Source of the DNA: Clostridia bacterium
Lineage (GTDB): Bacteria; Bacillota; Clostridia; Christensenellales; CAG-138
Assembly: GCA_036652795.1 (NCBI GenBank)
Contig: JAVVVD010000004.1
Span: forward strand, 46,842-110,841
Direction of reading: 5' to 3'
DNA: 64,000 nucleotides
Shown piece by piece: positions 19,130 to 27,157 of this stretch. A program made the translations under genes and the position numbers. The stretch's first letter is position 1, and the number at the start of each line of letters is the position of its first letter. The notes beneath the pieces were generated by a model. It did no database searches. It was not told where the DNA came from and saw only the letters and a list, made by a program, of their open reading frames with translations.

Positions 19130-19539
19130 TTTTGACTACCCCCCGTCAGCATATCTGAAAACATATCCACCGCAAGCGTTGTTGGGCAGATTGTATCAAG
19201 CCCCATACGGATAAGCACTTCCTCGCGCTCAGGATCATATGACCTGGTTATAACCGTTTTCACATGGTATAGCTGCCGCGCAATCTGCGACGTCATTATG
19301 TTCATGTTATCGTCAGACGTAACTGCCGCTAGCGCATCCGCATGTTCTATACCCGCCTGCCTAAGCGTATCCTCGTCAATTGGCATCCCAATTACCGTCA
19401 TTCCGTTAAACCCATTGCCCAGTCGGTCAAAGCTGCTGCTGTTATGGTCAATTATCGCAACGTCGTGCCCATCCTGTGAAAGCTTTTTGGCCAAGTTTGC
19501 TCCTACCCTGCCGCATCCCGCAATTATTATATACATCAT
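19126..19539 (-). CDS. TrkA-N (RCK_N only) protein
   Basis: IIIAGCGRVGANLAKKL Rossmann motif, 137 aa, overlaps trkA by 4 nt. Confidence 0.85.
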   Translation of the reverse strand: MMYIIIAGCGRVGANLAKKLSQDGHDVAIIDHNSSSFDRLGNGFNGMTVIGMPIDEDTLRQAGIEHADALAAVTSDDNMNIMTSQIARQLYHVKTVITRSYDPEREEVLIRMGLDTICPTTLAVDMFSDMLTGGSQK

Positions 19540-19874
19540 TCATTTACCGCCTTTCCATTTTCACCCTGCATATCGCCCATACAATCATCTATGCAATATG
19601 CTTCTATCGTGGTTTTATAAAACTCACCGAAGCATTCAAGGTTCCATGCCGCCGGTCTATAGGATGGATCAAGCGCGTATGCGGCCCTAAAGTGTTTCAT
19701 TGCGTTGGCATGCTCCTGCTTTTTTTCCAGCAGCAGCCCCATCAGGTTGTGCGGTATCGCATCGTGTGGATGCGACATCATGGATGAACTCAATATCGCT
19801 TCACACTCGTTGAAGCGCTGTGCTTGTATCAGCATTTTTGCCATATTTATTGTATTACGTAAGGCTTCCTCCAT
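19536..19874 (-). CDS. Small TPR-like protein heading the trk operon
   Basis: Start at MEEALRN (GGGAGG RBS 9 nt upstream). TPR-like helices (HNLMGLLLEKKQEHANAMKHFRAAYALDPSY). Confidence 0.55.
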   Translation of the reverse strand: MEEALRNTINMAKMLIQAQRFNECEAILSSSMMSHPHDAIPHNLMGLLLEKKQEHANAMKHFRAAYALDPSYRPAAWNLECFGEFYKTTIEAYCIDDCMGDMQGENGKAVNE

Positions 19875-20098
19875 ATTTATGAGGCCTCCCTTCAGTCGAT
19901 TGACATGCATATATGATATGCTCAGCAATGCAACAATGCCGTTTAGGATAACAGAAGTATGTTATAACTTTGTTAAAATGGTATAATATATGAACTTAGT
20001 GTTTGTACATGTTGACAACAATGCAAAATCATTTCATACGTTGTCTATTAATCGCATGTCTGTGTTATAATAACTACAATTTTATTGGAGGTAATCGC

Positions 20099-20794
20099 AT
20101 GTATAACAATATGTATTATGGTAATGATCCATGGCTGCTTGCAGTGTTCGCCATGCTTATCGTCAGCTTTATAGTTCAGGGCAGCGTACAGCGCACCTTC
20201 AAACGGTTTTCCAGCCTGGCCGCCTCAAGCGGTATTACCGCGGCCGATATGGCGGATCATCTGCTGCGCGATAACGGCAGCTCCGTATCCATCACGCAGG
20301 TACCGGGAATGCTTACTGATCATTTTAATCCCAAAACAAACGTTGTAGGCCTTTCGGATGCGGTATACGGGCAACGCTCCGTGGCAGCGCTGGCTGTGGC
20401 GGCGCACGAAATTGGCCATGTGCTCCAACACGAACAAGGCTATGCTCCAATCAAGCTGCGCAACTTTATCCTGCCCGTGGCGCAGATCGGTTCCTCAATG
20501 GCTCCACTCATAATATTGGTAGGGCTATTAATTGGTTCTTTCAATGTGGGAATGATAGGCGTATGCCTGTATGCTGCGGTGCTTTTCTTTCAGGTTGCAA
20601 CCCTGCCGGTTGAGTTCAACGCTTCTCGGCGCGGCATAGAAATGCTTATTTCTGGCGGATACATCGGCGTCGATCAGGAAGGCAGCGCCAAAAAGGTGCT
20701 CAACGCCGCGGCTATGACGTATGTTGTGGCGGCACTCGCAACCTTTGTTTCGCTTCTTCGCATGTTTTCATTTGTTAAGCGCAACAATAAATAA
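20099..20794 (+). CDS. YugP-type putative neutral zinc metallopeptidase (membrane)
   Basis: HEIGH zinc motif (AAHEIGHVLQHE), RTFKRF and TDHFNP signatures, TM helices at both ends. GGAG RBS before the ATG at 20099. Confidence 0.85.
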   Translation: MYNNMYYGNDPWLLAVFAMLIVSFIVQGSVQRTFKRFSSLAASSGITAADMADHLLRDNGSSVSITQVPGMLTDHFNPKTNVVGLSDAVYGQRSVAALAVAAHEIGHVLQHEQGYAPIKLRNFILPVAQIGSSMAPLIILVGLLIGSFNVGMIGVCLYAAVLFFQVATLPVEFNASRRGIEMLISGGYIGVDQEGSAKKVLNAAAMTYVVAALATFVSLLRMFSFVKRNNK

Positions 20795-20851
20795 TCCGAA
20801 ATTCCACTCGCTCAATATCCCCATATGCGGCTAAATAATGCTCAAGCCATG

Positions 20852-21874
20852 TCATTTATGCACAGCCGACATATCCGATATTGTTATCCCTGTATAATAA
20901 TGTTCCAGTATATCCTCATATCCATCGCCCTCCTTCGCCATGGCGTTTGCGCCATATTGACTCAATCCCACGCCATGGCCAAAGCCTACGGTATTTACGT
21001 ATACGTGCTCATCCGTAAAGCGCAGCTTGAAATTGGCGCTGTCCAGTTCAAACAGCTTGCGCAACTCCCTTCCGCTGAGCGTTGCTCCACCTAACCTTAT
21101 ACGTTCTACCCTTCCGCTTTCAAAGCGGGCTTCTATCTTAATCTGTTTTTTTAACCCCTTTGCGGTAAGCTTTGCAGTGCGATATGTGGAATTGACTGTA
21201 GCGGCAAATGTTTTGCGTGAAAACCTTACCTCGGACTCATATCGCGTGGCGCTTTCCTCACCGGGGCTGGATACGCTCACAAGGTATGGCAGAGCGGCTG
21301 CAAACACATTGACTACATCCTCCGTATATCCACCTGAGCATGAATGATACAGCGCCTCTATCGGCATACCGTCATACAATGCCACCTTGCCGGCCGTTGC
21401 AAGCACTGCCCCACGCACACGGGAAAAATTGGTTTCATATGCTGTGCCCCAATTTTTCTTCAGCTGTTCCAAACTCCTGTAAGCCTGGCAGCAAGTGCTA
21501 TCCGTGCATACGTCCGCTTTACCGCACGGCGTTCCGCCGTATTGCGCCATACGGCGCACAGCAAATGTACGTGCCGCCACCGCCTGTGCCTTTAGTGCCT
21601 CGATTTCAAAGCTTACAGGCATCTCTGCGGCCACAACCTGCGCAATATACTCCTCCAGCTCCATATGCATCACCTTGCCCGTTTTACGATTTAAAACGGT
21701 AAGCTCCGCACACTGCGCTTCATCCGTGGTCGGCATTAGCTCTTCCCTTGGCGCACAGCTCATTGCGCAGCCGCGTATCATCAGCACAGCTACGCACAGG
21801 CATAGCGAGCATACAAGAACCGCTTTCCAGCTTATATTGATTTCCCTCAAACTAAAACGACGATAATAGCTCAT
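20852..21874 (-). CDS. spoIID: Stage II sporulation protein D (lytic transglycosylase)
   Basis: LKAQAVAARTFAVRR, CTDSTCCQAY, YHSCSGGYTE, YLVSVSSPGEE motifs. Start placed at MSYYRRF (21874). Confidence 0.88.
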   Translation of the reverse strand: MSYYRRFSLREINISWKAVLVCSLCLCVAVLMIRGCAMSCAPREELMPTTDEAQCAELTVLNRKTGKVMHMELEEYIAQVVAAEMPVSFEIEALKAQAVAARTFAVRRMAQYGGTPCGKADVCTDSTCCQAYRSLEQLKKNWGTAYETNFSRVRGAVLATAGKVALYDGMPIEALYHSCSGGYTEDVVNVFAAALPYLVSVSSPGEESATRYESEVRFSRKTFAATVNSTYRTAKLTAKGLKKQIKIEARFESGRVERIRLGGATLSGRELRKLFELDSANFKLRFTDEHVYVNTVGFGHGVGLSQYGANAMAKEGDGYEDILEHYYTGITISDMSAVHK

Positions 21875-22029
21875 AATGTTAATATTTATGAAAGTATTGC
21901 CCCATAGATGCTGTTGGTATTGAATGGATCTGCAAAAGGATTTATAATGGATCATGGCGCATTGTATGCTATATACGTTGATAAGCACGCAATATGCAAT
22001 ATACACTGGTACCCATCATAGGAGGAATC

Positions 22030-22737
22030 ATGATAGACCGAATAAATCAAGGTGACAAACAGGCCCTTAAAGACCTTTTGACGCTTTATACAAAACCCAT
22101 ATTTAACCGTGCTTTGCACTCCTCCGGCAACGACGCCACAGCTAAGGCGGTTACTCGCGCCACGCTAAGCGATATTATGCAGGCAGCGGAGCGCGGCGTA
22201 TGCCCATCCGATGTAGAGCCATGGATAATGCAGTTGGTTGACAGGCATAGCGCACAGGAGTACGACGTAAGAAAAATCGCTGACGCCAGACTTTCAGATG
22301 CAACCGAGCCTGAGTTTCCATACAACTGGGCGCCGCCAGAAAGGCAATCGAGCTGGACGCCGCCTGAGATTTCCACCCCGGCTGCTGCTCAGCAGCCGCA
22401 GCCACGCAAAAAGCCCGTGACCGAATCCAACCCACGCCGCACACAGATCACACCCGTGCGCGCGCAGGAGCAGCCTGCGCCCACGCGTGGAGTCGCCGCA
22501 TCGCGCAGCACAGATCTGTTTGAGGATACTGATGATGAGGACATTTTTGAAGACGAGGAAGACGAGGATGCCCACAAGGGCGGTATAGGCATGGTGTTGC
22601 TTATAATGGCGTTGGTGCTCGTGGTGGCAGGACTTGCATGGATACTTGTGGTCATGATGATGACACGTGGCATACTGCCTATGGCGGACATGGGCTTTGC
22701 AAGCTGGTTTAACACCCATCTGTTTAAGCTATATTGA
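22030..22737 (+). CDS. Membrane-anchored protein with a sigma-70 region-2-like N-terminus, function unknown
   Basis: AGGAGG RBS, N-terminal helices (GDKQALKDLLTLYTKPIFNRAL), Pro/Gln-rich and acidic linker (DDEDIFEDEEDED), one C-terminal TM. Confidence 0.5.
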   Translation: MIDRINQGDKQALKDLLTLYTKPIFNRALHSSGNDATAKAVTRATLSDIMQAAERGVCPSDVEPWIMQLVDRHSAQEYDVRKIADARLSDATEPEFPYNWAPPERQSSWTPPEISTPAAAQQPQPRKKPVTESNPRRTQITPVRAQEQPAPTRGVAASRSTDLFEDTDDEDIFEDEEDEDAHKGGIGMVLLIMALVLVVAGLAWILVVMMMTRGILPMADMGFASWFNTHLFKLY

Positions 22738-22835
22738 TTTGTTGCCACCATGTCACATGGAATTTACAATAGGGTGATATACTTATAACTATAAGATGTT
22801 TAGAATTTTTGTGTTAACATGAAAGGAGGTTGTTT

Positions 22836-23336
22836 ATGACCTTTACAGAATACATAATGGGATGGAATGTTGCCGCGCTGGTATGCCTGTTGGTTGGTCT
22901 CGCGCTAGTATCTATCGAGATGTTTATCCCCGGCATTGGCGTACCCGGCATACTTGGTGCTATATCGCTTATCGCGGCAGTCGTGCTGCGCGCAAATTCA
23001 GTGTTGTCATCACTTATTACGCTAGTAATTGTGCTGGTGTTCATTGGTGTGGCAGCATTTGTAGTGCTGCGCTCGCTAAAAAAGGGAAAACTTCAAAAAA
23101 CCCCGCTCGTGCTGCACGAATCCATTAATTCCGGCTCAACAGAGCTTTCGCAGGATGATATGCGTTCACTGATCGGGTTTCAAGGCGTATGCCTTAACAC
23201 ACTACGCCCATCGGGCAACGCTGAAATCGCAGGCAAAAAGCTGGATGTGGTAAGCGAAGGCGCATTTATCAAAAAGGGCGCTTCCATAAAAGTGGTCCGC
23301 GTGGAAGGCGTTCGTATACTTGTCAAGGAAGTGTAA
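22836..23336 (+). CDS. NfeD-family membrane protein
   Basis: AGGAGG 6 nt before the ATG. Three TMs plus a C-terminal OB-like NfeD domain (LRPSGNAEIAGKKLDVVSEGAFIKKGASIKVVRVEG). Confidence 0.85.
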   Translation: MTFTEYIMGWNVAALVCLLVGLALVSIEMFIPGIGVPGILGAISLIAAVVLRANSVLSSLITLVIVLVFIGVAAFVVLRSLKKGKLQKTPLVLHESINSGSTELSQDDMRSLIGFQGVCLNTLRPSGNAEIAGKKLDVVSEGAFIKKGASIKVVRVEGVRILVKEV

Positions 23337-23339
23337 GCG

Positions 23340-23561
23340 ATGTTCTGTAAAACCTGTGGTACTCTCTATAACCCCAAAGATGGCCAGTGCCCCAAATGCT
23401 CCACCAGAGGCATGGAGTGCGATGTTCCTCCAGCCGAAATGAGCGATGCTGAGGCACGGCGGTTACGCAAGCGCTCATGGATTCAGCTTGTGATAGGCAT
23501 ACCCGCCTTCATTGGCTTCATCTACCTATTGGTATATCTGGTAAAGCTGTTTAACAGCTAA
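23340..23561 (+). CDS. Zinc-ribbon plus single-TM small protein
   Basis: CKTCG...CPKC followed by a TM ([22 protein letters not shown]). Confidence 0.6.
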   Translation: MFCKTCGTLYNPKDGQCPKCSTRGMECDVPPAEMSDAEARRLRKRSWIQLVIGIPAFIGFIYLLVYLVKLFNS

Positions 23562-23580
23562 ATTTGAAAGGAGAAAATAT

Positions 23581-24561
23581 ATGGAACCCTTTGTACTCAT
23601 TATCGTAATTATCGTAGCGGCGATAATATTCCTTGCGCTCTTCTTTAGTTTTGTTCCCATAGGTCTATGGATAAGCTCCACTGCTTCCGGCGTAAAGGTT
23701 GGAATATTCCAGCTTATTGCTATGCGCATAAGGAAGGTTGTTCCCAGCCGGATAGTCAATCCCATGATAAAGGCCACCAAGGCCGGGCTTGATCTGTCGC
23801 TAAACAAGATGGAAGCGCATTTTCTCGCAGGCGGTAATATCGACAGAGTCGTCAATGCCCTTATTGCGGCTCAGCGCGCCGGAATCCCACTGGATTTTGA
23901 GCGTTCCTGCGCAATAGACCTTGCCGGCCGTGATGTGCTCAACGCCGTGCAGATGAGCGTTAATCCCAAGGTAATTGAAACACCCGTTATTGCAGCCATT
24001 GCTAAGGATGGCATAGAGCTTCGCGCCAAGGCACGTGTAACGGTGCGCGCAAACATAGATCGTTTGGTCGGCGGCGCAGGCGAAGAAACCATAATTGCCC
24101 GTATCGGTGAAGGCATCGTAACCACGGTTGGCTCATCCCGCAGCCACAAGGACGTGCTCGAAAATCCTGATCTGATCTCCCAGACGGTGCTAAACAAGGG
24201 TCTGGATGCAGGCACCGCATTTGAAATACTGTCCATAGATATAGCCGACGTAGATGTTGGTAGAAACATCGGCGCGCAGCTTCAGATCGATCAGGCAGAA
24301 GCAGATAAGCGCATTGCACAGGCCAAAGCTGAAGAACGCAGAGCCATGGCTGTTGCCCAAGAGCAGGAGAACAAGGCTGAGGTCCAGGGGATGCGCGCAC
24401 GCGTTATAGAGGCCGAGGCAGAGGTGCCACGGGCGATTGCAGCAGCGTTTCGCGATGGTAAGCTTGGCGTAATGGACTACTATAACATGCAAAATGTTAT
24501 ATCAGATACAAAGATGCGCGATTCGATTGCGGGCGAGCCACACGCAGGTAAGGAGAAATAA
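23581..24561 (+). CDS. floA: Flotillin-like protein FloA (SPFH, UPF0365/YqfA family)
   Basis: N-terminal hairpin TM followed by [21 protein letters not shown] core and Ala/Glu-rich C-terminus. Lies downstream of nfeD, as in B. subtilis yqeZ-yqfA. Confidence 0.9.
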   Translation: MEPFVLIIVIIVAAIIFLALFFSFVPIGLWISSTASGVKVGIFQLIAMRIRKVVPSRIVNPMIKATKAGLDLSLNKMEAHFLAGGNIDRVVNALIAAQRAGIPLDFERSCAIDLAGRDVLNAVQMSVNPKVIETPVIAAIAKDGIELRAKARVTVRANIDRLVGGAGEETIIARIGEGIVTTVGSSRSHKDVLENPDLISQTVLNKGLDAGTAFEILSIDIADVDVGRNIGAQLQIDQAEADKRIAQAKAEERRAMAVAQEQENKAEVQGMRARVIEAEAEVPRAIAAAFRDGKLGVMDYYNMQNVISDTKMRDSIAGEPHAGKEK

Positions 24562-24562
24562 G

Positions 24563-25156
24563 ATGGGCGCATTCATACCCATCATAATAATCGCCATAGT
24601 GTTTTTTTCTGCCGTCTCCAACGCCAACAAAAGGCAGAAGGAGCAGCAGGAGCGCGCGCGCCGCGTGGCTGCGAGCGTGGACGCCGTCAATAATGCAGCG
24701 CCTCCGTCTCGCACCTATACGCCTGTGCGCGATGCGTACAGCGGAAGCATGGATTATGAATCCAGTGAGGGCAGAGCCGTCTCGGCATCTGTTGAGGGTT
24801 CTTCTATTGGATTTGAGGGGTCCTCCGATCCGGCAACCCCCCCACTTGGTCGCTCCACTATGGTTGCTGCCGGTGGTTCTGATCTGCGCCATGACGTAAA
24901 GCCAATTACCGAAAGCAGTCATTCCCATACCGAAAGCTCTATAACAGGCTTTACTGAATGTGAGGTTGACAATTCCTCCGCTTTTGCAGCAGCCGCAGCG
25001 GAAGCCGTTACTGTGGCTGCCGACGCTGCCTACGATATAGAGCTAAACTCCACTACGGGGCATATACTCCGTTTTGATCACAGCAGCGTAGTGCAGGGCT
25101 TTATCTATGGCGAGATACTTAGTAAGCCGCGTGCCCGAAGATGTGGGATACGCTAA
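24563..25156 (+). CDS. Single-TM protein with a disordered Ser/Ala-rich region, function unknown
   Basis: ATG at 24563 with an AGGAG RBS, starting just after the floA stop. MGAFIPIIIIAIVFFSAV forms the TM. Confidence 0.55.
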   Translation: MGAFIPIIIIAIVFFSAVSNANKRQKEQQERARRVAASVDAVNNAAPPSRTYTPVRDAYSGSMDYESSEGRAVSASVEGSSIGFEGSSDPATPPLGRSTMVAAGGSDLRHDVKPITESSHSHTESSITGFTECEVDNSSAFAAAAAEAVTVAADAAYDIELNSTTGHILRFDHSSVVQGFIYGEILSKPRARRCGIR

Positions 25157-25171
25157 GATACGCATTAACCT

Positions 25172-25198
25172 AAGCAGCCTGTAAAGGCTGCTTTTTTT
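25172..25198 (+). terminator. Intrinsic terminator of the nfeD-floA operon
   Basis: AAGCAGCCT-GTAA-AGGCTGCTT followed by TTTTT. Confidence 0.85.
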
Positions 25199-25270
25199 AT
25201 GTGGCACGATTCAAATTACGATTCATTTAATTGATACTCTATATCTGCATTATTTCATTCACAACTTTTC

Positions 25271-25298
25271 ACGTGCCGCCATATTTTTACATATCTTA
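25271..25298 (+). promoter_or_regulatory. Possible sigma-K-type promoter (AC-N17-CATAnnnTA)
   Basis: AC at 25271-25272, a 17-nt spacer, then CATATCTTA at 25290-25298, about 50 nt upstream of the ATG at 25350. The motif carries little information. Confidence 0.3.
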
Positions 25299-25349
25299 TA
25301 CTGAGTATAAAATATAAAACTCGATAATAAAAAAAGGAGAATAGCTCTT

Positions 25350-25637
25350 ATGAGTATGCCCGTTATCACGCCCAGCACTGCAACCAGATGCCAGGCCATC
25401 ACGGATGTAATCGAATCCGTCGCCCTTGAGCAGACTGCTCTTTCCCACATACTTAATGCAGAGGGTGAGAAGCTGCAAGCCATGATCGGCATGGCTGCCA
25501 TTACCCCCGCCCAACTCTTGGCGACAAATAAATCCGTGCGTGCAATGGTAGATTCAATAGTCAGGCTGGAAATGATCTTCCAAACAAAGCTCGGCTTGTT
25601 TGAAGACTGCCTCTGCGTCGATTGCCACAAAACATAA
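25350..25637 (+). CDS. 95-aa protein made only of the conserved helical, Cys-terminated module shared with the 27158..28345 product
   Basis: AAGGAGA RBS. QAITDVIESVALEQTALSHILNAEGEKLQ is near-identical to QAINDLIESTALEQTALSHILNAEGEKLQ in the larger protein. No signal peptide. Ends CLCVDCHKT. Confidence 0.75.
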   Translation: MSMPVITPSTATRCQAITDVIESVALEQTALSHILNAEGEKLQAMIGMAAITPAQLLATNKSVRAMVDSIVRLEMIFQTKLGLFEDCLCVDCHKT

Positions 25638-25770
25638 GCATTTTAGCCCTTAGCAGCTCAGGTGGACATAACGCGCATATGTTATGTTCACTTTTGCTTG
25701 CTTTTCGTATCCATATGATATGCCTAATGTTTCAAAATGTGCAATTGCCCTATATTATGCTGGCTCAGTA

Positions 25771-26964
25771 TTATGTCAGATAGGTTTTCAAAAGCAGTGG
25801 CTTCAATTGATTTTTATATATCCATTCGTTTGAATATCTGGTTCTGGATAGCGTTTTTGACCAGATTACAGGATTATTCCGCATATTGCTAAGGATATTT
25901 TGAGCGTGATCTATATAATATACCCTTTCGGAGGGATGGTAGTTTTCGTAGGTGTCATAATCAAAGTTCCTGGCCGACCAGCGCATGAAATCCGCGTGTA
26001 TATTCGCGCCCAATTCCTCAAGCGCAGGGACCGCCTCATTTAGAATTATATAATTGCCTCTGCTGGCCGCTTCTATCACGGTTAAACCAAATGACTCCGA
26101 ATATGAAGGGCATATAAACAGATTGCTCAGCGAAAACAGATTGAATACCGTTTCTCTTTTTACACCATTTTTGAAGCCACACTCCGATGTGAATATTATA
26201 TCCTTGCTCTCAAGCCCGCTTTTGACGCCCACATCCTTTATTATTAATTTATACACGTCTGGACTGATATCCGCAGAAGGAAAATCGCACAATACAACGC
26301 CCACGCTTTTTGAACAGTATCTTTTAATGCAACCCGCAAATTCCGCAATCACATGAAATCTCTTTGCCATGTTCAGCCTTCCCGGGTAAACTATGATTAT
26401 CTCATTTTGAGTGAAATCAATATGTCTGCCTATCTCTACCGTTTCATCATCCATGCCCAGCATTATATCTACGCTGTTGTTTACGCATACACAATTTGAA
26501 ATATCCGTACCATATTGCTTCGCCAAGGCTCCAAGTCCACACTGGGTAGGGTAAACAAACATCGTATTTGGCATAGTTGAAAACATGCAGTTTATCGGAT
26601 ACGGCGCATCTATTCGCCTTGCGGGGGCAGAATGCGTAAATGATAAAAATTTTACGCTAGGTAACAGTGCCTGGGCTTTTCTTATCGCCACATTATGCAA
26701 TAGATGCACCCCCTGATACAGAATATCATGCATTATACATATATCCACATCCGCAAGATGCTTTACAAAATCTCTTGATATTATTTCGGCCTCATCAAAA
26801 AAGCCGCCGGCAATTTCATCATCGGCTTTTGTATAGGTTTTCCAGTTGAATCTATTTCCGTCTTTACTGTTTACTATTTTTATCCATTCTATTCGCTCGT
26901 CGGCAAATATCCCTGTTCTATCGCTATCAGGGCAGTGCTCGCTCACAAGCATTTTTACATGCAT
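25771..26964 (-). CDS. GT4-family (GT-B) glycosyltransferase
   Basis: EX7E motif in PSYSESFGLTVIEAAS and typical GT-B halves. Start placed at MHVKMLVSEH (26964, AAGGA RBS). The longer ORF-track start (27201) would overlap the divergent gene. Confidence 0.8.
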   Translation of the reverse strand: MHVKMLVSEHCPDSDRTGIFADERIEWIKIVNSKDGNRFNWKTYTKADDEIAGGFFDEAEIISRDFVKHLADVDICIMHDILYQGVHLLHNVAIRKAQALLPSVKFLSFTHSAPARRIDAPYPINCMFSTMPNTMFVYPTQCGLGALAKQYGTDISNCVCVNNSVDIMLGMDDETVEIGRHIDFTQNEIIIVYPGRLNMAKRFHVIAEFAGCIKRYCSKSVGVVLCDFPSADISPDVYKLIIKDVGVKSGLESKDIIFTSECGFKNGVKRETVFNLFSLSNLFICPSYSESFGLTVIEAASRGNYIILNEAVPALEELGANIHADFMRWSARNFDYDTYENYHPSERVYYIDHAQNILSNMRNNPVIWSKTLSRTRYSNEWIYKNQLKPLLLKTYLT

Positions 26965-27157
26965 GTTATCCTTAAGCAGCATTTCCAGTTGCTCTCTTAC
27001 AACGTTCACCAATGAATAGGTATTTGATAATCCGTTGAACATGGTTAAAATCGCAATTCTCAATGCAATTACTCCAATCACATCTAATATGAGCATATCA
27101 TAATATATACCGAGGTAATGCCATGCGTACCTCAATAAAATAATAGAAGGTAAATAT

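Noticed and set aside
26965-27157. Sigma-K-type promoter upstream of the choice-of-anchor-A-like gene
   Set aside because: A CATATCATA element is present, but the nearest upstream AC dinucleotides are 12 and 21 nt away rather than 16-18, so no promoter call is made there.
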